Positions 10,393-22,022 of a stretch of 64,000 nucleotides of DNA are shown here, in pieces. Each line of letters begins with the position of its first letter. Position 1 is the stretch's first letter. Made by a program: the position numbers and the translations under genes. This DNA is from Neovahlkampfia damariscottae (taxonomy: Eukaryota), in the NCBI GenBank assembly GCA_016618085.1, contig JABLTG010000021.1, positions 1 to 64,000 of the forward strand. Reading direction: 5' to 3'. A model generated the notes under the pieces. The model was not told the origin of the DNA, did no database searches, and was given only the letters and a program-made list of their open reading frames with translations.

Positions 10393-11013
10393 TTATTGAA
10401 ATTGTAAAAAGTAATCTTCATCCTCTTGTTGACTACATTTTCTTTTTAAAATATGATTTCTTTTTGGAAATCTTCCATATTTTTCAATTTCTTCTTTTTT
10501 CTTTTCGGCTAGTGTACAAAATCGATCAAATATAACAGCAATACTCTTATTTTCATCTTTTAATTGTCTGAATAGTTCTACACTTTTTTTTTGGTCTTCC
10601 AATTCTTCTGAATGTAATAATGGCAAATATAAGAATACTCTTCCAATTGGAACAACTTCTTTATCTAATCCTCTTTCAATAACTTGTTTACATATTCTTC
10701 TTGCTTCTTTATCTTGTTCAAAAGCATTTTTTGTATTTCTGTAAATGTTTCGACTAAATTGATCCAAAAGGATGATTAAAGCCAAAGATCCAGATGACGT
10801 TTCTTCCCATTTTTTATGTTTTCCATTGATTGCATCCTGTAAATCTTTCTCAAATTTTTTCTTTATTTCAGTATCAACTTGTTCTTCTTTAATTCCTGCA
10901 AACCAAACAGAATCCCAAAGTTCTTGAAAATAAACTGATTTATGTTGATGATCCAAAATTTCTAAACCATGACCAAACCAAAATTCCAAAATTTCATCAA
11001 TTTTCTTGTCCAT
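10393..11013 (-). CDS. DUF924 family protein
   Basis: EILEFWF, LALIILLDQFSRNIYR, FLYLPLLHSEELEDQ, IEKYGRFPKRN..L.R are DUF924 hallmarks; intronless. Confidence 0.88.
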   Translation of the reverse strand: MDKKIDEILEFWFGHGLEILDHQHKSVYFQELWDSVWFAGIKEEQVDTEIKKKFEKDLQDAINGKHKKWEETSSGSLALIILLDQFSRNIYRNTKNAFEQDKEARRICKQVIERGLDKEVVPIGRVFLYLPLLHSEELEDQKKSVELFRQLKDENKSIAVIFDRFCTLAEKKKEEIEKYGRFPKRNHILKRKCSQQEDEDYFLQFQ

Positions 11014-11113
11014 CCTTTTTTCTTCAAGTGTAACTGACCAATAGATGAACACTAACACTGCTCCATTTTTGTTGGTCGAAACAACAACGACTTGTTGTTG
11101 ATAAAAAACGAAA

Positions 11114-12013
11114 ATGACAGAAGTAGAAAACCAAAAGAAAAAAGAGATTCCTCTCAAAGAAATAATAGAAGAAAGAAAAAAATTACAAAAACTTGAAGAA
11201 GTGAAAAATAAAAGGAGTCAGTCAAATGTTCAAAAAAATAAAATACTTTCACCATTCATTGGTTTACATCCATCTGTATTTGAACAAACAAAAGATAGTT
11301 TAGAAGAAATTGAATATAAAGTACCAGAACATTGTATTCCAATAAAAGCTAGTAAGGAATTAAATGACTTATTAATCCTTTAAAAGATGTTTGTAATTTT
11401 GATTGGAAAAATTTAGGAGCAAAAGTTCAAGTAAATTTATACTATTTCATTAATTTTATAAAAGTTTGATATTATAACTATGGATCCACCATGGCAATTG
11501 GCTTCATCAAATCCAACACGTGGTGTAACTATCGGTTATGCTCAATTATCAGATCAATTAATCTATGAAATTGATGTAAAATCTATTCAAGTAAGAATAT
11601 GAACAATATTTTTTAAAACCTTTTTTAAAAAGACTGAAGGATTTATTTTTGTTTGGGTTATCAATGCAAAATATATGACAACTTTAAATTTATTAAAAGA
11701 ATGGGGTTATGAGTTTATTGATGAAATAACATGGGTAAAAATGACAGTAAATAGAAGATTAGCAAAAGGTCATGGTTATTATTTACAACATGCGAAAGAA
11801 ACTTGTTTAGTTGGAATGAAAGGAAATCCAAAGTATAACAAAGATGTTGAATTATCTGATATAATATTTAGTCCAAGAAGAGGACAAAGTCAAAAACCAG
11901 AAGAAATTTATGAAATGATTGAAAAATTAGTACCAAATGGAAAATATGTTGAAGTTTTTGGAAGAAAAAATAATTTAAGAAATCATTGGGTTACAATTGG
12001 AAATGAAATTTAA
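11114..12013 (+). CDS. AMT1: MT-A70 family N6-adenine methyltransferase, AMT1/MTA1 (DNA 6mA) clade
   Basis: 3 short introns. DPPW at 11483-11494 in MDPPWQLASSNPTRGVTIGY; GFIFVWVINAKY; AKGHGYYLQHAKETCLVG; RRGQSQKPEEIY; RKNNLRNHWVTIGNEI. Confidence 0.9.
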
Positions 12014-12014
12014 A

Positions 12015-12188
12015 TTATTTTTTTGATTCTTCCTCTTTTTCTTCTTGATAAAGTTGATATAATTTTTTTGAATTTTCGTATAATATTTTCAATTTTATTC
12101 TCATACTCTTACAGTTTTGTGGTTTTTCTATATTTTTATTCATACAGTATTCAATTTCATTTTTTATTTTTTTTTCTTCTTCATTCAT
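12015..12188 (-). CDS. Small hypothetical protein with a Cx10C pair
   Basis: CCAAT box at ~12215, ATG 12188, stop abutting the AMT1 stop. Confidence 0.4.
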   Translation of the reverse strand: MNEEEKKIKNEIEYCMNKNIEKPQNCKSMRIKLKILYENSKKLYQLYQEEKEEESKK

Positions 12189-12296
12189 TGTTTTTGATGA
12201 AGAAGAAAAATCAACCAATATAAATCAATCAAATAATTTATTTTAAAAGTACAAAAAATTAGAACAAAATATAAGAATAAAATCTTTGGAAATTTT

Positions 12297-13359
12297 CTAA
12301 AAGTCATCATTTTTATATTTTTCTTCTATAATTGACAAGAAATTCACATGCATTTTATCTAAAACTTCAGTAAAAGATTCAAAATCAACTTTGATTTCAA
12401 TAAATCGATTTGAACAAATTAAATTCTGCTTCAAATAATTACGAATTGCAAAAAAATTATTTGTCGATATTTTTTGTAATTCCGAGTAATCATTTGTCAA
12501 ATAATCAAATGTTGAAATATCCAGAGAATTGATCCATTGTTCAATGAACATAATATGTTCTTTTTCTTCCATATACAAATAATAAGGTATCAATATTCCA
12601 TTATTAGAATCAAATCTTTCAAATAAACTTTGTATCAACTTTGGATGCAAATGAGCTCCTTCAACAACAAGAGATTTACCACTTTTAATAACTTTATCAA
12701 TATCTCCTTCTAATGCAATTAATGACTTTTGACATTCTTTTTCGTACTCTTTAAAAAATTCTGATTCATTTTTCCATTTTTTTCTCCAACAGGGTGCATT
12801 TGTTGTTTTTCTATTAAAAAAAAAATAAATTGGAAATAACAAAAATACTCAAATATAGAATATAAATCGAATAACATTTCTGTGTGTATAACATTTGGTA
12901 AATTTAATCTTTCAGTCTTTCATGAGTTTAATCAAATTTGAAATTTACTAAAAGTGTTGAAATTATATTTTTTCCAATACAAGGAGAACCAAAAACAATA
13001 ATCATTAAAGGTAATCTTTGATGATAAAATTTCCTCATCATTTGAAAATGATTCACATATTTATAACCATAACCATTTTCTTCCAAAATTTGAAATAACT
13101 TTTTTTCAAATTCAACCTAAAATAATATTCAATTTATCATCTATCTTACTTGAGTAATTTCAAATATATTTGAATCTACTAATCGTTTTTTCAATTCTAA
13201 ACAAATTTTTGAACTGTCTTTTTTTTTTACATTTGTGAGTGTTAGCATTCTACTCATTAAAAATCTTGAGAAAATATAATAATGTTGATCAATCCATATT
13301 TTAACTTTAATATAATCATATTTTGCAGCACCAGAAAATTTTTTATTTTTTTTTTCCAT
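12297..13359 (-). CDS. 2-phosphoglycerate-kinase-related P-loop NTPase
   Basis: KYDYIKVKIW..HYYIFSRFLMSRMLT..LELKKRLVD, GSPCIGKN P-loop, ERLNLPNV, SLVVEGAHL; 3 short introns. Confidence 0.85.
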
Positions 13360-13431
13360 TCTCTTCTTTAGCAGGTTTTGTTAAAATAAGAAATGATGAT
13401 GATGATTGGTTATTTTAATAAACATTTTTAT

Positions 13432-14605
13432 TTAAAGTTTTTTAAGTTCATCTTTGCTTGGGATATAATAATAATTACCAGCAACACATTTTGAATAAGT
13501 CATTACTAAATCTGATTTTTTACTTTCTGTCATTTGGTCTAACATTTGATCAAATTTTGATACTTTATTTGAATATCCTAAAAATAATAATCCTTTTGTT
13601 TTTCCAACATCACCAAATGGCATAGATTGTCTAACTATTGGAATTGGATTGAATTTTTCATCTCTCATTCTTGCAACATGAGCTTGAATTTTCATTTTTT
13701 TTTGATCTTGTTCTGCTGACCAGTCCTTTGATCTACCAAATACATTTTCTTGTTCTTTTAATGGAAGAGAATGAAAATAATCCAAATCTAAAAAAGTTTA
13801 GAAATTATGAATAAATCCATATCTTACTATGTTCCCATCTTTGATGAATTAAAAATGATCCACCATTTGAATTTACACCTGCTTCAGTTCTTTCATCATC
13901 ACCATTAATATTCATTGTTCCATCAATAAATCCACTTAAATCTCTTCCATCTTGATATTGAAATCCATAGAAATCTTTAACTGATTCAATTTTATTTGAT
14001 GGGAATAATTTAACAAAAGCATCAATTGCTTCATAAGCTAAACTCTTTGTTGCTGCTTTTACATGTAAAATGATCTATTTAAATGTTATAATTTTGATTG
14101 ATTTTCTTACTTCTCCTTCAGTTTTTGGTAAATCACCATACTGTCCTTTTCTTTCTTTGTAAAGATCTAATCCTTCTGGAACTGATTTTTTCTTTGAAGA
14201 ATATTTTTTCCAAGTTGTTGTATCAAATCCAATACCAAAGAGTACAGGTTTTAATTCTTCTTCTTCATCATATTTTGGTGTGAGTTTTTCTACAAGTTCA
14301 GGATATTTTGAACATAATTTTACCATAGTTTCAAAGTCGGTGGAGTTTTTGAGCTTAATTACAACAACCCCACAGTTACCATGCATCCCTGAAATTACAG
14401 AATCTTGTGGTTCTGGTTTAGCTTTAGCTTCAAGAGTTGGAAAGAATTTTTCGTAATCTTTCATTATGACAAGACCAGCAACTCCGAGTGAAATTGGAAG
14501 TAAGTATTTTGCAAAGTTGAAACTTTTGTAAGTATATCTTTGATAGTTTCTAAATTGTGTTAAGCTTCTGTTGAGTTTAAAGAGTTGTGCTGCGTTTTTT
14601 TTCAT
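13432..14605 (-). CDS. Dye-decolorizing (DyP-type) heme peroxidase with N-terminal presequence and TM segment
   Basis: RDLSGFIDGTMN (GxxDG), QENVFGRSK, AHVARM (proximal His), IVRQSMPFG, GLLFLGYS, YYYIPS; 2 introns. Confidence 0.92.
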
Positions 14606-14866
14606 GTTTCAGTTTTGTGTGGTCCGCCAATGAAATGACAGTTCAATTTATTATTTCCATTTCTCCTTCGAAACTGGAAGAATTGTGAAAAAGGTGAAAA
14701 TTGTCAACAAAACTAATCTGTATGGAAGAAAAAGGAATATTTGTTATCCATTTTTAAATAGCTCCACTCAATTCGGAAAAACTTAATTTTCCGTTTTTTT
14801 TCCGAATTTCTCCAAAATTCCGTTTTTCCGCTAACTGAAAGATGAATTCAAAATAATCGAAGTTTA

Positions 14867-16052
14867 TTATGATTTCCAAAATTTTATGGTTCCATCATCT
14901 GATCCAGAAACCAATTCTTCACCTAATGAAATTAATGATCGTACAGCATCTGTATGCCCTTCCAATTTTTCTATTTTTGTTCCATCTGTCATTGAATACA
15001 AATAAATTGCATTATTAATTGATGCTGAAGCCAACATTGAGAAATTTGAGTGAGCAACCAATGAATTAACTTGGTGATGCTGACAATCAAATTCTCTAAC
15101 TGTACTATCTCCGTCTCTCAAGTCATATAAATTTATTCTTCCTTTTTCATCTCCTACAATTATAATATTTTCTTTTAAAAATGAACAACATGTGAATGAA
15201 TTCTTTCCAGTGAAAGTATGAAAATTTTTACAAGTTTCTAAATCAAAGATTCTTACAGTTTGATCAAAAGAAGACGAACCAAAAAATTTGTCTGATATTG
15301 AAACCGAACTTACATCGTCTTGATGATTGAAAGTAAATAAATTTTTTTTCTTTTTGATGTGCCACAGTCTAAAATGAATTTTATTAACAAAAATTAACTA
15401 CTTACTTTACTGTAAAGTCCGTTGACCCTGTTACCATTAAATCACCATAGCTATTTGAGGAACTTGTTATTCTTGCGGTATGTGCTTTCATTATATATTT
15501 TGGTTTCAAATTTCCATTTTTATGAATACAAATTTGTCCATTTGATAAACAAGCAAGAATTTTATCTTCTTGATTCGTAAGACACATAGAGTGTACTTCT
15601 GTTGGACAAGTATAAGTTTTTTCGTGTTCATGAGTTTTAATTGAATGAATTTTAACTGTTCCATCAGAAGAACAGGAATAAATGTTTCCATCTTTTTCTA
15701 ATAACTTCCAGACTGTATCTTTATGAGCGTCAATATTCACAAAATGGTCTTGGTTTCCAATTCTTATCGGTTGATTTGGAGTGACTTCGTTGACTGGAGT
15801 CATGGCACCCAGTAAGTTTTTAATATCTGATAATTCGGCATCTACATCTGGTGTTTGTAGTGCCAGTATGCTTGAAGCACTATTTTTTCTTGAGTTTGTA
15901 GCACTTTTAATTTTTTTGAAAATGTTATAAGATTGAGACTTTTTAGCCTTCATTTGAACAGGTTCAATTGAATTTTGAGAACTTTGCTCATTCATGCTGT
16001 ACTCAGACAGATCAGAATATTCACTGTCAACTTCTTCTCCATCAAACATCAT
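14867..16052 (-). CDS. WD40-repeat protein
   Basis: AHKDTVWKL..SCSSDGTVK, AHTARIT..TGSTDFTVK, GHTDAVRSL..SGSDDGTIKFW; one intron ~15405-15370. Confidence 0.88.
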
Positions 16053-16216
16053 GATACTTTCTTATTGGTCAATTGTTAATCCAATAAGATGTCATTTTTA
16101 AAGTGTGTGAATACTTCTCACTTTTTTCCTAAAATTATTGAAGATTGATCTGGTATTTTTCTCTATCGAATGTAGATTTTTTCATTGGTTAAAATAAAAA
16201 TCTCAATCAAATTCTG

Positions 16217-17656
16217 ATGATTCGATCCTTAGACGAATTCTCGTTCAAAACAAATTCAAAAAAGAGAAAATTAGAATTAGATTTATATTCTTATCCAAAT
16301 TGGATACAAAAATTAAAGAACCATAATTTGGGTAATTATTTCTATTTTTTTTTGATTCAAAATATTCAGAGGGACATTCAGGATGTGTAAATACTGTACA
16401 ATGGAATTCTGAAGGTAATTTACTATTATCAGGATCTGATGATTGTCGTTTAAACATTTTCAAACCACTACAAAATAAAATGGTCAAAAGTATTTTCAGT
16501 GGGCATACAGGAAATATTTTTTGCGGAAAATTCTTACCGCACACTTCAGATACAAAAAGTAAACTAAAATAACTGATAACATCATAAAAAGTAATTTCTT
16601 GTGCTGCTGATCATGAAGTTCGATTTTTTGATATTCAAAAAGAAACAACAACTCAAGTTTACAGTCCTCATAGAGATATGGTGAAAAAATTAGAAATTGA
16701 ACCAACAGATCCCAGTATATTTTATAGTTGTAGTCAGGATGGAACAGTTCGTTATTTTGATATTCGTGAAACTGTTGATGAAAACTCAAAAGAAAATCAT
16801 ATCTTAATAAAATTACAAGAAGAAAGTTCACCAAGAAGTTTTAGAAACACACTAGAAATCAATAGTATTTCATTAAACAAACAAAATTCAAATTATATGA
16901 TTTGTGGTGGAGGAGATCCTTTTATTAGATTATATGATAGAAGAAAAATTGAAAATTATGTTAAAAAGTATTCACCAAAATCAATTATGGATAAAAAGTA
17001 ATTTTGAAGAAAAAATTTAAAAATTTCTAAAGATATGTACATATCACAGGTGTTAGATTTAGTCAAAATGGTGAAAAAATTCTAGGAAGTTATTCAGAAG
17101 ATAATATTTATCTTTTTGATGTGAATGAAAATATTGATGAAAAAGAAGAAATTGTAATGAATTATGAAGGAACATATTCTGGTCATAAAAATATTAGAAC
17201 TGTCAAAGAAGTTAATTTCTTTGGTGCAAGGGATGAATATGTTATTTCAGGTTCAGATTGTGGTCATATATTCTTTTGGAAAAGAGATAAAAATGAAATT
17301 ATTCAAATTTTAAAAGGTGATAAATATATTGTGAATTGTTTATCTCCTCATCCAAAATTAATTCCAATCTTGGCAACATCTGGAATTGAAAATAATATTA
17401 AAATTTGGACACCAACTGATGATGAATTTAAGTGTTCAAAGATGAAAGAAAAGGATGATATTGTATCTTTAAATCAAAATCCACAATCTCAAACTACATC
17501 TCTTCTTCCAAATGCATTCAGTAAAATTCATTTTTGGTTTAATTTTTTTATCAAGTGATTAATTTACTTCAAACATTAGCTGAACGTGATGAAGATGAAG
17601 GTATGCAAGAATTTCTTGATGAACAAATGGAAAATGAAAATTGTAATTTGATGTAA
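16217..17656 (+). CDS. DCAF8/WDR42-like WD40 protein
   Basis: GHSGCVNTVQWNSEGNLLLSGSDD, GHTGNIFCGKFLP, YSGHKNIRTVKEVNFFG..YVISGSDCGHIFFW, VNCLSPHP..LATSGIE; 4 introns; ends ENCNLM. Confidence 0.88.
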
Positions 17657-17660
17657 TTTT

Positions 17661-18410
17661 TTATTGTCTTTTTTTATATTCTTCAATTAATTGAATTAAT
17701 AATTCATTTGATTCCATTACATTTGAAACTTTTTTTGAAGAAACTAAAACATAACTTAATTGTAGTTCATAAAATAATTCTTTTGCCAATTTATCAATTT
17801 CTTTTGTTTCAGAAGAGAGATCAGATTTATTCCCTATTAATAACATTGGGAAAGATGAACTAAATTTCTTCATTTTACTCAATACTATTATTACAATTTG
17901 AAATAATTCATTTGATGATTCAGGGTCATTTAAATCATAAACGAAAAGTATTCCATCTGTGATACTACAATTTAGAAGTTCGGTAAAAAATGATTGTACT
18001 CTAAAATTTTTTTGAACTCTGTTTGATGTTCCTCTGGATCTTTTATTTCGAAAAATCGAAGAACTGAAATTGTAGGCGCACCATCAAATGAGCTAAACAT
18101 CACTTTGGAATAAAATAAATCTAACCTTGGCATGCTGATGATTTAAAATGAAAAACAGTTCTTACGTAGTGACCATATTGGTAAAAAATGATTTTATAAC
18201 ACTTGAAATTTCTGAGTCACTCTCTAATTCTACATTTGCTCCAAGACAATTCATATTCTTTGATGAAGATCGTATGAAGGTACTTTTACCTGAATTCACT
18301 GCTCCAAGTACAAATATATTATAATATTTGGTATTTGGTGGTACATAGGCATTTACTTTACCTTCACTGGATCCCAAGTTTATAATGTCGGAGAAAAGTA
18401 ACTTCAACAT
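17661..18410 (-). CDS. Divergent Ras-superfamily small GTPase
   Basis: GAVNSGKS P-loop, DGILFVYD, LIGNKSD, VSSK; 2 introns; G3 DxxG not conserved. Confidence 0.75.
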
Positions 18411-18449
18411 TTCATATTATTCAACCAATCAAATTCTCGAAATGAAGTT

Positions 18450-19002
18450 TTATTCAAAATCCTTCATTTGATCTAATTGTTTAAAAAGAATATCCCAATC
18501 CACTTCCTTATTTCCTTTTTTCAGTTGCAACATTTTATTTTGATGTTTTGGAATTGGTATAAAATTTACATTTGCTCTATAATGTTCTGGATCAAGTTCT
18601 CTTTGCATTTTGAGTGATGGAGTGCATGTTGATTTTCCAAATTTATGTTTTTTTTCAATATGAGGTTGAAATTCACCACCAGCTCCCCAAAAACTTCTTT
18701 TATCATATGCTTCAAATTTAATCTTTTTTTCTTTTTTCTTTTTTTTTTCATTTTTTTCATCTTTTTCTACATCAATAAAAAATGGGTCCTCTAAAATAAT
18801 AAATTAATTTTTCATCAAAAATACCTTCATTAATTCCGTCTTCAAAATATTTTGATGTATTATATTTAGGTCTGTACAAATGTTGATATTTTTGATATAT
18901 TGTTTTATTTGAATCTTCTTCTTCTTCTTCTCCATAAGCTAATTTTTTTTTTAATTTTTCTGCTTCTGTTCTCAAGTTCTGTTTGTGGTGATTTTTTTTC
19001 AT
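18450..19002 (-). CDS. Hypothetical protein (2 exons)
   Basis: Intron GTATTT..TTTAG (~18824-18792) joins ORF 18772 to a downstream frame ending QMKDFE*. Confidence 0.55.
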
Positions 19003-19180
19003 GACCAATTGTGGATGATTATTGGATGAAAAGGAACCATGTTTTTTGTTGGTTTTTTTTTTTAACAATAAAAATTCAAAGTGAAATATTCAACAACAAC
19101 AGAAACCTACAAGAATATTATTCTTAAAATTAACCAATAAAAATATTTCGGAATTCTTCAACGGAATTTAACAAAGAGAC

Positions 19181-19746
19181 ATGTTGAAACAAGCTAATTT
19201 TGCAATTTACTTGATTTTATTTGGAAGTTTATTTGCTATTTCATTTTTATTTGTACAAAATGTTTCCAAGGTAAAAACCCTTTTGGAAATTAAAATAATT
19301 AGATCTGGAACGATAATTATTTTTATGAAGCCAAATGTCGTGTGAATCATGTATATTTGAAACAAGAAACTTCAAAAGAATGCTTTGAAAAAACAAAATT
19401 AGCACATTGTTGGAAATTGACCCATTCAGTTATTTATCATTTTCAAAACCTCTATCACACTGCTTTCATTCATACCTATTTAATTGATAAACCAAATTTA
19501 AAAGATTACCCAGAAGAACACCCAGAACCAGATACACCACATCATATTGCAAACAAAGTCAAATGTTATTTCAATACAAAAGATTGGCAACATGTTGAAT
19601 GGAACGATATTGATATCTTTCATTTTATTAATGAAAAAACAGTTGGTTTATCATTAGCTCTATTTGTAAATCTTGCTGTTATTTCATATTATTTGAATTT
19701 GAAACCAACAATCTCTTCTGAAAAAGTTACAGAAAAACAAAAATAA
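19181..19746 (+). CDS. Two-TM protein with a Cys-containing luminal loop
   Basis: N-terminal TM (FAIYLILFGSLFAISFLFV), intron 19271-19302, loop with AKCRV..C..C..KVKCYFN, C-terminal TM. Confidence 0.65.
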
Positions 19747-19749
19747 ATT

Positions 19750-20174
19750 TTATTCTGTCGGTATTATACTTATTTTATTTGGATCTGTATTTTCAAAGAA
19801 ATTTGGTTGTTCTTTTTCTGATTCATGAAGAGTTTCTTCTAAACCTAATTGATTGATTCTTTCATCGATTGAAATACTTCTGTCATGTCCTTTTTTTTTT
19901 GCGTCTGGATTCGATATGATTAATTTTGTTTTATGAGGTTGTGGTGCTTGTTGAGAAGTTGTTGAAGTTGATTCAACAATTTGTTTATCGTATGCTTTTT
20001 TGTACATTGGTCTGCCAAACTATTAGAAAAAAAATCAATTTACGATCGGCAGTATAAGAATACCAAAACAGCTGTAGTTGCTCCAATGGCTATCAGAACT
20101 ATTCCAGCCAGTAATGTGAGAAGACCTATAGTTAACAGGGTTATCCATATTTCTTCATGTTTCAAAACAGTCAT
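19750..20174 (-). CDS. Single-TM hypothetical protein
   Basis: MTVLKHEEIWITLLTIGLLTLLAGIVLIAIGATTAVL|FGRPMYKK... joined by a 44-nt GT-AG intron. Confidence 0.6.
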
Positions 20175-20312
20175 GTTATGGTTTGTCCTTCGGGTAAAAA
20201 TTGATTGGATGAATTAATCGGTCGTTATTTTTTTTTATTTTGTTTTTGAATTTTATTTCTCAAATACTTCAATTTCAAATCTCCAATCACATCACTCAAA
20301 TTTTTTTAACTG

Positions 20313-21823
20313 ATGTTTAAGTGTGTGAACAAAAGGATATTTTGTCGTAAGTGGATTTTTTAAAATAAAAATGAAATAGAAATCAATAGGTACTCTATAG
20401 AAAATGTAAAGATACAGTACAACCCAAAAGATATTCCTTGTCAAATCTCAGTAATGGTAAAATTTAAAAAAAATTAACAATTTTTTTCCAAAAGGGTATT
20501 GGAGGAGCAGTATTTTCTTGAAAACGTTTATTTTTTAAAAGGGTGGTAATGCTATTGAAAATATGATGAAAGAAACAAATAAATTAAATCATATCAAATA
20601 TATGGTTCTCAATACTGATGCTCAAGCTTTGAATAGAACAACTTGTGAAAATAAAATTCAAATTGGAAAAAAAACAACAAGAGGATTAGGTGCTGGATGT
20701 GTTCCACAATCAGGTAAAAAATCAGCGGAAGAAAATTTGGACGAAGTTTTAAAAGAAATTGAAAAAACAGATTTATTATTTTTAACAGCAGGTTTGAAAA
20801 ATAATTTTTTTAAATTCTATAAAAGGAATGGGTGGTGGAACTGGTAAAATAAATAATGATATTGACAATAAAAAGGAACTGGTGCAAGTGTTGTTATTGG
20901 CACTGAAGCAAAGAAAAAAGGAATTTTAACAGTAAAATAAATTTAAATTAAAAAATATGTTAGGTTGGTGTGGTTTGTACTCCATTTTCTTTTGAAGGTC
21001 CAAAAAGAACAAAAATTGCAATTGAAGGTATCAAAGAATTAGAAAAGGTAAAAAAGAAAAATAATATTTTTATTTTAAAAAGAGTGTGGACACATTGATT
21101 ATCATACCAAATGAACATTTATTTTCAATTTCAGATAACAATACTAAAGTAACAGATGCTTTCAAACAAGCAGATAATGTATTGTTGGAAGGTGTTAGAT
21201 CAATTATTGATTTAATTTTGAGACCTGGATTGATAAATTTGGATTTTGCTGATGTTACTACTGTTATGAAATCAGCTGGAAGAGCTTATATTGGTACTGG
21301 GATTTGTGAAGATGAAGAAATTGGTTCAATTTCTCGAGGTAAAATTGCTGTTGAAAAAGCATTAAATAATCCATTACTGGATGTTGATTCTATTGAAGAA
21401 GCAACTAATGTTTTAATTCATATCACTGGTGGTACTGATATTTCTTTGGAAGATGTTCATTTTTTCTTTTTTTTATTTATTTATTATTAGGTCGAGGATA
21501 TCGCTAACACTGTAAAAAATTGAATTATATTTTTAAAAACATTTAAAATTAGGTGAAATCAAGAGTAAATGAACAAACAAATATCATTGTAGGCGCAGCT
21601 ATTGATAATTCTCTTGAAAAAAAAGTTCATGTTTCATTAGGTGAATTATTGGTTGAATTTTAATTTTTTTCAAGTTATCACTGGAATTCCAAAGAAATAT
21701 CAAATAAATCCCATTTCAACAAAACCAAAAAAAGTGATGATCACAAATAATGTATCCAAACCAAAATCAAATTCCAATGAAGAAAAGAAATCTCTCATGG
21801 AAACTATCAGAAGTTATTGGTAA
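20313..21823 (+). CDS. ftsZ: Nucleus-encoded FtsZ, probably mitochondrial
   Basis: GIGGAGGNA, NTDAQAL, TRGLGAG, AGMGGGTGTGA, TPFSFEGPKR, IIPNEHL, GLINLDFADV, ALNNPLL reconstructed across 10 short introns; basic N-terminal extension. Confidence 0.96.
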
Positions 21824-22022
21824 AATTGTCAAGTTTTAATAAATTTCGTTTAAAATTGTTCTTCACAATCGGAATTTAATGATAAAAAATTGTTGGTGGG
21901 ATTTTTTTATCCAATAGGAATTCCCCAAAAATCCAAAATCCTATTGGATGTTCGGAAAGATGAGCGAAGAATAAATAACCAAATTTTTTGAAGCTGATCA
22001 GAAAAAAACAAAACAAACAATA

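Noticed and set aside
20313..21823. Bacterial contamination or operon explanation for FtsZ, FolD, DyP and DUF924
   Set aside because: FtsZ, FolD and DyP contain spliceosomal introns, and all share composition and promoter motif with flanking eukaryotic genes.
21850..22022. Heat-shock element upstream of Hsp70
   Set aside because: GAA/TTC half-sites lack canonical nGAAnnTTCn spacing.
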